This document shows, one piece after another, positions 28,503-37,057 of a stretch of 52,744 nucleotides of DNA. The stretch comes from an uncultured Candidatus Bathyarchaeia archaeon. GTDB lineage: Archaea; Thermoproteota; Bathyarchaeia; 40CM-2-53-6; CAVXDP01. The notes beneath the pieces were generated by a model. It searched no databases. It saw only the letters and a program-made list of their open reading frames with translations, and was not told the origin of the DNA. The translations under genes were made by a program, and so were the position numbers. Within the stretch, counting starts at the first letter, position 1; the number at the start of each line of letters is the position of its first letter. The stretch is from contig CAYXJU010000002.1 of assembly GCA_964464765.1 (NCBI GenBank), forward strand, positions 1 to 52,744, given 5' to 3'.

Positions 28503-28985
28503 CTAGACTGGAATAGCCAAGCCTTCTCTGACTGTGTCGAATACCACACAGGTTAACGTCTTCTCGATCCCTTTGATGGTTCTTAGTTTGTCTATTACAA
28601 ATCTCCCTACGGCCCCAACATCTTCCGCCTTGACCTTGATGAGGAGATCCCAGTCTCCCGTGATTATGTGAACTTCTTGAACTTCAGCAAACTTAGAGGC
28701 CTCTTTGGCGATTTCTCTCTGAGACAACAGCGTCTCTCTATCGGTCTGTCTATAGGCGACGGATGTTAGGATGAAGGCAGTGGTTCCAACTCCTAGTTTG
28801 TCACCGTCAAGTACAGCCTTGTAGCCCTTGATCAGTCCCAAATCCTCCATTCTTCTCATCTTTGCATAGACGGTGGTGACTGGGCTACCAACCTTGGATG
28901 CTAGTTCTCTCGTGGACAGCTTGCAGTTCTCTTGGAGCAAACGGAGAATTACAAGATCTTTGTTATCCAATCTTGATGCCTGCAT
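28503..28985 (-). CDS. Lrp/AsnC-family transcriptional regulator (full length)
   Basis: 160 aa. The N-terminal HTH is LDNKDLVILRLLQENCKLSTRELASKVGSPVTTVYAKMRRMEDLGLI. A C-terminal RAM domain follows. Confidence 0.85.
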   Translation of the reverse strand: MQASRLDNKDLVILRLLQENCKLSTRELASKVGSPVTTVYAKMRRMEDLGLIKGYKAVLDGDKLGVGTTAFILTSVAYRQTDRETLLSQREIAKEASKFAEVQEVHIITGDWDLLIKVKAEDVGAVGRFVIDKLRTIKGIEKTLTCVVFDTVREGLAIPV

Positions 28986-29219
28986 GGATGTACATTATAC
29001 CATGGTGACTATAAGTAATCAAGTTTCCTACAATTCTTGTGAATATCTGCAATTTCTGTTCTGAAGAAGCAATCAAAGGCGTTGGAGCATGTCATTCCTA
29101 GAATATCTGGCTTCGCTTCTCACTGACTGAGTTATCTCACGGCCTGCGATGGTTTAGGAAGACAGAAAGGTAAAGAAGAGAAGACTAGGTAAGAGAGTCT
29201 AAAATTCTGGGATACGGTC

Positions 29220-29528
29220 GTGAGTAAGCGTTCACCAAACCAAGAGCGCGAGAGCGCCGCAATCAGTCCAACTGTATTTCACATGTTCGAGAAACTCATT
29301 GGAAAGAGGGTTCTCGCAATAATAGATAGAGACTTTGGTTTTGAAGGAATGCTAACGGCTGTTTCGATGAACCCATCTGGAATTTGGCTCTCAGACGCAG
29401 AGGCTGTTGTACTCAGATCTACTCTGGCGAGCCCTATACCTCAAGTCGTGAGCCGTGAGAAGAAACGTGAGCTATTTGTGCACCTAGACAGCGTCCTTAG
29501 ACTTGAGACTATGACCGAGGGCCAGTGA
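29220..29528 (+). CDS. Sm-like (LSm) fold protein, putative
   Basis: 102 aa. LIGKRVLAIIDRDFGFEGMLTAV..NPSGIWLSDAEAVVL resembles Sm1/Sm2 motifs. Its stop lies 2 nt before the next gene. Confidence 0.45.
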   Translation: MSKRSPNQERESAAISPTVFHMFEKLIGKRVLAIIDRDFGFEGMLTAVSMNPSGIWLSDAEAVVLRSTLASPIPQVVSREKKRELFVHLDSVLRLETMTEGQ

Positions 29529-29529
29529 A

Positions 29530-30549
29530 GTGACAAAAGCCGAGAGGGTTGAGTGGATTTCGGGCGTGCGAGTGACCACCAAGAGCACTTGCATTCTCCT
29601 CGACCCCACAAATGGCAGAGAGACCAACCGAGCCACCCATCGATTCATATCGCATGCTCATGCCGACCACACGCAGAGTCTGTCAAGCCGCGGCCCGAAG
29701 TATGCGACACTGTCGACAAAACGGATCTATGAAGGAATCCGTGGAAAACCCATCATGGACTTCAAAGAGATCAAAGTCAATCATCCAGTCAAACTGGACG
29801 ATGTTGAGGTCACTCCAATCAACGCGGGGCACATGTTGGGTTCTATCCAGTTCAAAATTGTGACAGCAAACACAACTCTGCTATACACAGGTGATTTGAA
29901 TTGTGTCGACACACTCACCACAGAGCGAGCAGACGCCGTCAAATGTGATGTCTTGTTAATCGAAGCAACATTCGGGAATCCCTCATACATATTTCCAGAC
30001 AGGGAAGACACCTACGCGAGAATTGTTGACTGGGCTACAAAACAAGCCATAGAAGGACACGTTCCGACCTTCCATGTCTACGCTGCTGGTAAAGCACAGG
30101 AGATTGTGAGACTCTTCAACATTTACACTCGGCTTCCAGTCATGGTCAGTCCTCCCGTATCCGCATCCAACGAAGCCTACGAATGTGAAGGGGTCAAATT
30201 GGTTTATGAGACGGTTGATGCTGAGGCCGCTCACAGGCTCTCCAGAAGGCTCCCTTACCTCTATGTGACAACGCCCTCCGATCATTTCGTTCCTGACAAT
30301 TGTGTAAGAGCCACGGCTACCGGGTGGGCCCTCAGAGGCGTTTGGAACAGGTTTCCTAGTTTCCCTCTGAGCAGCCATGCAGATTTCAGACAGCTCGTAA
30401 GATTTGTCGAAGCGACAGGTGCCAGAACCGTCTACATATTCACGGGATATGGTGACATCTTTGCAGCATATCTCAAGAAAAGATTCGGAATTGATGCGCG
30501 TCCGATACCCTCATCAACCCAGAAAAGACTATTGGATTATCGTCACTAG
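29530..30549 (+). CDS. Metallo-beta-lactamase / beta-CASP family nuclease
   Basis: 339 aa. Motifs present: ISHAHADHT (HxHxDH), TGDLN, and a C-terminal LSSHADFRQLVRFVE (beta-CASP motif C). GTG start. Confidence 0.75.
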   Translation: MTKAERVEWISGVRVTTKSTCILLDPTNGRETNRATHRFISHAHADHTQSLSSRGPKYATLSTKRIYEGIRGKPIMDFKEIKVNHPVKLDDVEVTPINAGHMLGSIQFKIVTANTTLLYTGDLNCVDTLTTERADAVKCDVLLIEATFGNPSYIFPDREDTYARIVDWATKQAIEGHVPTFHVYAAGKAQEIVRLFNIYTRLPVMVSPPVSASNEAYECEGVKLVYETVDAEAAHRLSRRLPYLYVTTPSDHFVPDNCVRATATGWALRGVWNRFPSFPLSSHADFRQLVRFVEATGARTVYIFTGYGDIFAAYLKKRFGIDARPIPSSTQKRLLDYRH

Positions 30550-30584
30550 AAACCGTCTAGGTGTCGAAGTCGAATTTCCGCCAT

Positions 30585-30761
30585 TTATTTGATCATTACA
30601 TAGGCGAACAGACTTACGGCTATAAGACCGACCGCCATCAATATGACGACTTCTGGCCTTACCTTTATGCCCGGAGTCTCTTCCTCAAAGAATCTCAATA
30701 GCCCTGCACTGGCAGCGGGCATAGGAGCCTCATCGCGTCTCCTTTTCTGTCTTCGACTCAT
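30585..30761 (-). CDS. Preprotein translocase subunit Sec61-beta (archaeal SecG)
   Basis: 58-aa ORF below the track cutoff: MSRRQKRRRDEAPMPAASAGLLRFFEEETPGIKVRPEVVILMAVGLIAVSLFAYVMIK. A basic N-terminus, the aGL.rff.e motif and a single C-terminal TM helix match the Sec61-beta pattern. A TTTAAAG TATA-like box lies ~35-45 nt upstream. Confidence 0.7.
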   Translation of the reverse strand: MSRRQKRRRDEAPMPAASAGLLRFFEEETPGIKVRPEVVILMAVGLIAVSLFAYVMIK

Positions 30762-31154
30762 GCGATCTCTACCGTGTGTTTGGTCGTATGGTCGACGACC
30801 CTTTAAAGTTATGTGAAATAGACTAAGCCTCGTGTATTGGCGTTCTGATGAGAATTGCAGAGTCTCAAAGATTGATACGGTAAACCTACATTGAAAGGGA
30901 CTCTGGAAGAGGTGTTAAGGTTACAGCTCTCTAGTTAACCTCAGAAATCGACGGACTTGCTGACGTGTTGATCAAGCGTAACCAAGGAGTATTGAGAAGG
31001 GAAGATGTAGATGCCTTTGCCTCGCCGTGTAGTTTTGGCAATATCAATTATCAATAGGTGTCAGCATGGAAGAACTTGCGGTCGAGAGATGCAAAGTCGA
31101 CTGCCCAAAGTAGGGCGCATTTCGTGCGCCTGAAGCAATATTCCATGGATGGAC

Positions 31155-31424
31155 CTATTCTTCGAGTCTCTGTTGACCGTATTCCGTTAGGAACCAAGCG
31201 TGTGGTCTTTTTCCACCGGTGAACGCAACGAGTTTTTCCATTAGCAACGATCTCAGGTGATACGCAACCTTGACAAAAGAGAAGCCCGTTTCTTTACAGA
31301 TTTCTCTTGTTCTCTTCGGTCCAACTTCAAGGCGAGATATTATGCGAGTTCTTGCCTCAAGGCCCGCCTTCACGTTTCGTTTCCTCAAGAGAAATGCTTT
31401 TGGATGAATGGATCTAGATGACAT
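31155..31424 (-). CDS. Small winged-helix (ArsR/MarR-like) DNA-binding protein
   Basis: 89 aa. RIISRLEVGPKRTREICKETGFSFVKVAYHLRSLLMEKLV. It starts 13 nt downstream of PolD-DP2 on the same strand. Confidence 0.6.
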   Translation of the reverse strand: MSSRSIHPKAFLLRKRNVKAGLEARTRIISRLEVGPKRTREICKETGFSFVKVAYHLRSLLMEKLVAFTGGKRPHAWFLTEYGQQRLEE

Positions 31425-31437
31425 TCAGGACTTCCCT

Positions 31438-34400
31438 TCAGGCGAAGTCGCCCAGCAGCATCTGATCCTTCTTGTTCGTTCTTTCGAAGAGAGATGCAAT
31501 TTCGTCTCTGATGAGCTTAAGCCTCTGTTCATGATATTCTCCAATGTTGTAGCGACTAACAAGATGCTCTGCAATTTCAAGATATTTTTCAATCGATCCC
31601 TTATGAACTGTAAGTGATATCTTACCTCCGCACTTTTGGCATTTTCCCGATAGAGGCGCCCGTCGGTATCTGGTGTTGCATCTGGTGCATCGTAGCTTCT
31701 GTGTTGAAAACGCTTTCAAGTTTCCTGTCAGATCTCTCATGAAGTGTGTTGAGAGGAGCCTTCTAGCTACCTCTCTGGCGTCGACCGCCTTCACTAACTC
31801 AGCAAGATCCAGTTGTTCCTGAACCTTCTCGGACATAGACTCTAGTTTCTTGTAGGAGCTTTCTTTATTGCAGCTGTTCAGATTCTCAACTTCATGAGTG
31901 AAGGCTAGAGGTTGAAGTTCACCTTCCGTTCCCACTCTGTGGGAAAGCGTCTCAATAAGATCACTGATCCTTTTGGGATCCGCGTGGCACTCAGCCTCCT
32001 CAAAGAAGGCTGATGGAAAGACCTCCACAACTTCTACGTTAAATGCTTGACGAGCTACTTCCACCGGCTTGATTCCTAACGTCAGAAGAAGCGGTGCGTC
32101 CATCATGCCGCCGATTCTTCCAGGAAGAAAAGCTTTGGAAAAGTTAAGTAGAACATCTAGTGCGAGCGAGATGCTGTCTTCATCTCCGTCACAATCTCTC
32201 CTCTTGGCAGCGTGCCACAAGGGATGGGCCAAGCAAACACTGAGGTCTGTGAACCCTACGATTCGCCCTAGAACTCCTACAGACGTGTGAGGACTCAACC
32301 CAACTACGAGCTGCCCTACAAGATCCTTTCTCGAATGCGCATTGTAGCATGCGGGCAAACCGTAGAACTTTGTAAGAAGCTCATCAACAAATTTGGCCAC
32401 GTTAACCAAGTAGTCGCCACAAGTCTTCGGAACGATTACGTCCTGAAGTTGAAGAGAACATAGTTGGTTGCCGTTCGTTAAGGGGTCACCCTTGTGATCG
32501 AGGGTGTATCCAAGTTCATGCAGTCCATCGACAGATACATCTACTTCACTTGGCCTGAAATGTGATAGAATGGCGTTTGTCGCATCGAATCTGATGGTTC
32601 CGTCCTTAAAGACTGAGAGGTTGAATCTTGCCCGAATGAGTCCCTTCTCAATAGGTTCTGGCATTCTGGAGTCGCTTACCAGTCCTTTAACGCCTTTCAC
32701 AACTTCTCCAATCGGCTGTACGCCCAATCTCCTTTGGGCATCATCAAGAAGTATCCTAAGATTCACAGGTCTCTTGTCGTATGGAATGGTCTTGACTTTG
32801 CAGGTGGGACAAGTGCCTGTGGACTCTCTCCTACCGCATATTGGACACGCTGATTCCAGTTCGGTTCGCATATTGCATTTTCGGCAGAAGTTTGAATGCG
32901 TCAACTCGGAACATTTGGGACAGCGTTTTCTCACAACTTCAACTGAAATGACCGCCCTTGTTCTGGCAGCTTCTATGAGATCGCGCTTGGCGCCGCCTGC
33001 CATTCCGATCGGAAATAGCCCATGTACAACTGGCTTCATCTCCCTCCTCTTGGCCTTCTCGGGACGCCCCATCCTTGCTCCAATGAACGCCCCTGCTTTC
33101 CTTCGAACCTTAATCCCTGAGAGTTTCTCAATGGCATCAAATACGTCACTTGCTGCATGTGGTTTCTGCGTTTCCTGAAGCCCCAGACAACAAGAGAGTA
33201 TTGTGGCATCTTCATGTAGAATCAGTTTTTCGTTCACAACCTCATGAGGAAGACAGAGTTTCTCGAGAAGTAGTTGGAGATCGTTATCGGCGTTTACTTT
33301 CATCTCAGTCGTAAATGTTCCGTTGAACTTAATGTCGGCGGAATGCAACTTTCTTCTCAGTCGGTCGAATTCTTCAAGCGACAGTTGTTCCCAGAAGTAT
33401 GTATACCTGGGGTGCAGGGGAATGCCCAAGTTACGTGAGATTGCCAGCGCCTCGACTGCAGTCGGTTTCACGACCAAAGGGTTCTCAAGAAAGGATCTGA
33501 TGCGATCTTCCGGTACTCCCGTCATGTTGGATGTCGTGGCAGCGCTTGCCGAGTGTGACTCTATTGCAATTCTTAGATGCTCCCTCCACCACTCCTCAAC
33601 AAATCCAGATCGCGCCAGTGGTTTGTTGTTCTCCAAGAATTCTCCATAACCAACCAAAATATCGCCAAGGAAGAGAATAGATTTGATTTGTCTTTCGAGT
33701 TTTCGAGCCAAGTCGACATCTTCGACGCGAATTATTGATCCATCCACGAGTTTGACAACAGGGGGTTCTATTGTGTCGACTAGTGATACAACGCCAGCTT
33801 TGCCGGGTGTCTCTATGCGAAGTTGGGTTCCTGCGGCGATGAAGTTCCTCAGAATCTGCATTGTGGCCGAGTGAATCCCAAGCGCGGCAAGTCCGGTATC
33901 TCTGCACCTACCATATCTTAGTCTGAATCCACCCTGCCTTCCTGGGAATGAGAATATAGGTCGTCCGCCGATCACGTCTTCCATGAACATGAATTCTGGA
34001 GCTTCCTTAGATTCGACCTTTGGAGCTTTTATTTGGCGAAGCCAGTTCCAGCCGTCTATTCCAATCTTATCTGTGATCTTCAGAACCTTGTTAGCCCTAC
34101 CGACAAGACCGTCATTCACAACCCGAAGCGCTCCTCCCCTCACCCTGTTGGTTTCCACCCTGGCCAGATTTCTGAAAGACTTGACCTCGATGGGGTCAGT
34201 TTCTACCCCGGTCACCTCGATGGGAAGATGCATGATGGCGTTGAAGAGTTCACTATCGGGAAGTCGGTATTGAAACCTTGCAACTTCCCTTTCGTACAGC
34301 CTAAGCTCGGCCACGAACCTCTTAGCTTCCATTTCGGTAGCTTTGTAGCGATCGAAGCCCAGCAGAGTCCGAGCGAAATCGGCAACGACCACGGCCATAC

Positions 34401-34857
34401 CCATCTCTGTTCCTCCTGCTGACCGAATCGGACCTGCAAAATAGACCGCCAAGTATCTTGATCGATCAGAGTTAGTTTTCTCTCGCACGTTGGTTATTCC
34501 CTCGATTGGAGCGACCGTGACGCCCTCGTCCAAGATTGCGAGTGCGGATCTGATTGCTTGATCTGCTGCCACGATCCCTTCCTGATGATATTCACCGTAA
34601 ACAATTTCTTCAGCGATTTTGAACGCGACCTCTTCTCGCGGCATAACCTTGGACAATTCACGTATTCTAGCAGCCACGTCATCTGGCCCAACAGACTTCT
34701 CCACGCGTTCAGCAAGATCTACCGTCACGACAGATTCTGGTCGAAGTGACGGATCAAATCCCTGCAGACGAGCTTTCTGAGCCAAATTCATTTGCTCATT
34801 AAATCCTCGCTCCAACGATGAGAAGTAATCTTTTCCGTCATATGATTGGAGTCCCAT
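31438..34857 (-). CDS. polC: DNA polymerase II (PolD) large subunit DP2
   Basis: 1139 aa. Characteristic DP2 blocks are present (YFAGPIRSAGGTEMG; VNDGLVGRA; FPGRQGGFRLRYGR; multiple CxxC Zn modules; CDGDEDS catalytic region). Length is consistent with no intein. Confidence 0.95.
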   Translation of the reverse strand: MGLQSYDGKDYFSSLERGFNEQMNLAQKARLQGFDPSLRPESVVTVDLAERVEKSVGPDDVAARIRELSKVMPREEVAFKIAEEIVYGEYHQEGIVAADQAIRSALAILDEGVTVAPIEGITNVREKTNSDRSRYLAVYFAGPIRSAGGTEMGMAVVVADFARTLLGFDRYKATEMEAKRFVAELRLYEREVARFQYRLPDSELFNAIMHLPIEVTGVETDPIEVKSFRNLARVETNRVRGGALRVVNDGLVGRANKVLKITDKIGIDGWNWLRQIKAPKVESKEAPEFMFMEDVIGGRPIFSFPGRQGGFRLRYGRCRDTGLAALGIHSATMQILRNFIAAGTQLRIETPGKAGVVSLVDTIEPPVVKLVDGSIIRVEDVDLARKLERQIKSILFLGDILVGYGEFLENNKPLARSGFVEEWWREHLRIAIESHSASAATTSNMTGVPEDRIRSFLENPLVVKPTAVEALAISRNLGIPLHPRYTYFWEQLSLEEFDRLRRKLHSADIKFNGTFTTEMKVNADNDLQLLLEKLCLPHEVVNEKLILHEDATILSCCLGLQETQKPHAASDVFDAIEKLSGIKVRRKAGAFIGARMGRPEKAKRREMKPVVHGLFPIGMAGGAKRDLIEAARTRAVISVEVVRKRCPKCSELTHSNFCRKCNMRTELESACPICGRRESTGTCPTCKVKTIPYDKRPVNLRILLDDAQRRLGVQPIGEVVKGVKGLVSDSRMPEPIEKGLIRARFNLSVFKDGTIRFDATNAILSHFRPSEVDVSVDGLHELGYTLDHKGDPLTNGNQLCSLQLQDVIVPKTCGDYLVNVAKFVDELLTKFYGLPACYNAHSRKDLVGQLVVGLSPHTSVGVLGRIVGFTDLSVCLAHPLWHAAKRRDCDGDEDSISLALDVLLNFSKAFLPGRIGGMMDAPLLLTLGIKPVEVARQAFNVEVVEVFPSAFFEEAECHADPKRISDLIETLSHRVGTEGELQPLAFTHEVENLNSCNKESSYKKLESMSEKVQEQLDLAELVKAVDAREVARRLLSTHFMRDLTGNLKAFSTQKLRCTRCNTRYRRAPLSGKCQKCGGKISLTVHKGSIEKYLEIAEHLVSRYNIGEYHEQRLKLIRDEIASLFERTNKKDQMLLGDFA

Positions 34858-34964
34858 CTCAAGCTTCGCCTAGGTGCATTGTGTCGCCAGCCGCATGAAT
34901 TGAACCTGCTACGCTAGGTAATGTTGTCATTCCTAGTTTGGTTATCAGGTTTTGGGAAACTGTT

Positions 34965-35258
34965 CTACGTGATTTTCGCAGTCTCATTTTGTTGTGCGAC
35001 AGGGCGAGTCTTTGAATAGAATCTGTCCGTGAAACTACAGTAGATATCCACCATATCAGAGGATGGGGGCGCGTCAAGCTCGTCCTTCAACCCGCAAGAC
35101 GCGCATTGAAGTGTGGCCTTACCAGTTCCTTTGGAAATTGTGACCTTCATAGCGTCTTGGCTGCAACTCGGGCATGTGAAAAGTGTTGGAAGCTTCTTCT
35201 TCACAACTTTGATGACACGTCTGCGGCGTCTTCCCACGCATAGACCTCCGAAGGCCAT
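34965..35258 (-). CDS. Elf1-like transcription elongation factor (zinc ribbon)
   Basis: 97 aa. A basic N-terminus GRRRRRVIKVVKKKLPTLFTCPSC...LQCASCG...DMVDIYCSFTD matches the Elf1 pattern (F.CpfC...C..C....DvY..wiD). Confidence 0.65.
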   Translation of the reverse strand: MAFGGLCVGRRRRRVIKVVKKKLPTLFTCPSCSQDAMKVTISKGTGKATLQCASCGLKDELDAPPSSDMVDIYCSFTDRFYSKTRPVAQQNETAKIT

Positions 35259-35411
35259 CCTGTTGACATTGGGTGAAGAGTCAAAGTGCCAGTCCTTTAA
35301 ACATAGTGATGCTGGTGCGACTCTCTCCTATGCCCATGGAGTACCCAAAGACATGACCGAAGGCATTTATGTTGGAACCGAATACAAAACTGTATCCGGA
35401 GAGCCGACGGT

Positions 35412-35900
35412 TTGGAACACGATCGCGATGCCCAAATCTTGTTCAAACAACAGATGAAACGGACGCTAAGTGATCCGATTGTAAGGATTCTCATTGATAA
35501 GAGTAATTTAACCCCGATACAGTTTCAAACATTCCTAACAGATCGCATAATGAAACAAAACAGCGCAAATATGAAGGAAAACAAGAAGAATATGTGCATG
35601 AGAATGGACCTGGCGCAAATAACCCGTGGGTCGTTCAATAGGACCTTAAATCAGGCCACTAGGAATATAATTCGGTCCATCTACACCATATTCCTTTTGG
35701 GGTATGTGGGGATTTTCGATGATCCCACATTGGAACCCTTCATCGAAGCATCAAACCAAATACGCTCCTACCTAGATCGCCTAAGATCGTCAGAACACCG
35801 ACTGGACGCAGACGGAGCGCGCGCATTAGCGACCTTGTTGGAAGACTTGAAGAAGACCGTTGAGAATTTAGCTGGGGTCAAGAATTTCAAGAGTCTGTGA
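35412..35900 (+). CDS. Hypothetical protein, possible Tfx/sigma-70-region-4-like HTH
   Basis: 162-aa ORF (the start could be an internal Met). LTPIQFQTFL...MDLAQITRGSFNRTLNQATRNIIRSI loosely resembles an r4/Tfx-type HTH. Weak call. Confidence 0.3.
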   Translation: MEHDRDAQILFKQQMKRTLSDPIVRILIDKSNLTPIQFQTFLTDRIMKQNSANMKENKKNMCMRMDLAQITRGSFNRTLNQATRNIIRSIYTIFLLGYVGIFDDPTLEPFIEASNQIRSYLDRLRSSEHRLDADGARALATLLEDLKKTVENLAGVKNFKSL

Positions 35901-35906
35901 CGTCAC
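35894..35906. promoter_or_regulatory. Palindromic box TCTGTGACGTCAC, copy 1
   Basis: Contains the perfect 10-bp palindrome GTGACGTCAC (35897-35906). It overlaps the stop codon of 35412-35900. An identical 13-mer recurs at 36057-36069. Confidence 0.5.
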
Positions 35907-36056
35907 GAAGATCACTGCCGAGCAATTGTGAATCACGAGCGTGCTGCTGGTGGTGGACGTGAGATGGCAATGCTGCTGATTCATACCGTGCTAGGCGCAA
36001 TTCTGGAGTAGTTCTGGAGTTTGTTTGACTATGCAGAGCGTATACAAAGCTTATAA

Positions 36057-36070
36057 TCTGTGACGTCACA
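36057..36070. promoter_or_regulatory. Palindromic box TCTGTGACGTCACA, copy 2 (candidate operator)
   Basis: The perfect 12-bp palindrome TGTGACGTCACA (36059-36070) lies directly downstream of a TTATAA TATA-like box (36051-36056) and 18 nt upstream of the ATG at 36088. Confidence 0.5.
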
Positions 36071-36087
36071 GTAATCAAGGACAAGAC

Positions 36088-36765
36088 ATGACTCCATCAC
36101 AGGATATCTTACTTGTGATCGCGTCCGCGGCGGTGGCATTCACGCTTGTGATTACGGGTGCGGGAATTGTAGCTCGAACGACCAAGGAGTATAGAGACGC
36201 TCGAACAGTAGTGAAGGCCGTTATCACAACCTATGGTAAGAAACTTGTGCGCCAAGAGGAAACTTGTCAATCCATTTCAACCGAGTTGGCGCATCTCAGG
36301 GGTTCTATTGAGAAACTTGAGACACATGAAAGTGAAGTGAGCCAAGTGAGTCAGGCGACTTCTGCTTCAGTGGAGTTAACCCAAGCACTCAAGGAAACTT
36401 CGGACAACCTTAGACTTCTCAATGAGAGACTCAGCATCCAAGACGGGGATCCTATTAATCAAGTGCAAATTGACCGATCGAAAGAGACACGCCTGAACCT
36501 CGTCACAAGAGGAAATCAAGAAGTGACAGCCACAGAAGTGTTTACGCTGAAGATTTTGGCGACAGAAGGAGCGAAGGCGTCAACGGAACTCCATAAGAGA
36601 GTCGGTAGGTCTCGAGAACATTTTGCGAGATTGATGAAAAGACTCTACGAACGAGGTTATGTGGATCGAGACACTTCCAAGATTCCATTCACTTACAGAA
36701 TCAACGAGAATATCGCGAGGAAGGTCTTAGAAACCGCAAACGAAACTATGAAGCACTCCGCCTAG
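36088..36765 (+). CDS. Membrane-anchored coiled-coil protein with C-terminal MarR-like wHTH
   Basis: 225 aa. N-terminal TM helix ILLVIASAAVAFTLVITGAGIV. A heptad-like middle region follows. The C-terminus is FTLKILATEGAKASTELHKRVGRSREHFARLMKRLYERGYVDR. Confidence 0.55.
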   Translation: MTPSQDILLVIASAAVAFTLVITGAGIVARTTKEYRDARTVVKAVITTYGKKLVRQEETCQSISTELAHLRGSIEKLETHESEVSQVSQATSASVELTQALKETSDNLRLLNERLSIQDGDPINQVQIDRSKETRLNLVTRGNQEVTATEVFTLKILATEGAKASTELHKRVGRSREHFARLMKRLYERGYVDRDTSKIPFTYRINENIARKVLETANETMKHSA

Positions 36766-36771
36766 TCTTTG

Positions 36772-36798
36772 CACCCACCCCTGCATTTCCATTGAAAC
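36772..36798 (-). promoter_or_regulatory. Origin recognition box (ORB-like), left copy
   Basis: The reverse complement reads GTTTCAATGGAAATGCAGGGGTGGGTG, i.e. a TTCxAxTGGAAA dyad plus a G-string. Confidence 0.65.
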
Positions 36799-36945
36799 AA
36801 ATATCTCTCTCGACGAACTCCCCCATTCGAACGTGTAGTTTTCACTCTAGTTTAGTATAGCGAACATCTTACATTCCAACATCATAAACTTACCACAGAC
36901 TTTTCATCTAGAAACAACAACACATCCCAAATCCTCATACTTTAC

Positions 36946-36971
36946 TTCCAGTGGAAATGGTGGGGTGGGGG
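36946..36971 (+). promoter_or_regulatory. Origin recognition box (ORB-like), right copy
   Basis: TTCCAGTGGAAATGGTGGGGTGGGGG matches the archaeal ORB/mini-ORB core TTCCAGTGGAAA followed by a G-string. Confidence 0.7.
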
Positions 36972-37057
36972 CGCACCCTCTGTCGATATTCTAATACACC
37001 TTTAGTTTTTTGCTGTGTTTAATCTCTTTTCGTGTACAACAACCCTTATAGCAGCAG

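Larger units (their letters stand above)
36772..36971. other. Predicted chromosomal replication origin (oriC): inverted ORB pair flanking an AT-richer spacer
   Basis: Two ORB-like boxes in inverted orientation are identical at 21 of 26 positions by eye. Their G-strings point outward around a ~147-bp AT-richer spacer. The site lies immediately upstream of orc1/cdc6. Confidence 0.7.

Noticed and set aside
31114-31130. Hairpin GGCGCA-TTTCG-TGCGCC downstream of the small wHTH gene as a terminator
   Set aside because: The 6-bp stem has no adjoining T-tract on the transcribed strand. Archaeal termination mainly uses oligo-T, so the call would be unsupported.
31438-34857. Intein in PolD-DP2 (and in the RNRs)
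   Set aside because: The lengths (1139 aa DP2, 725 aa NrdJ, 769 aa NrdD-like) and the uninterrupted family blocks leave no room for an intein. No C..HN/homing-endonuclease block was seen.
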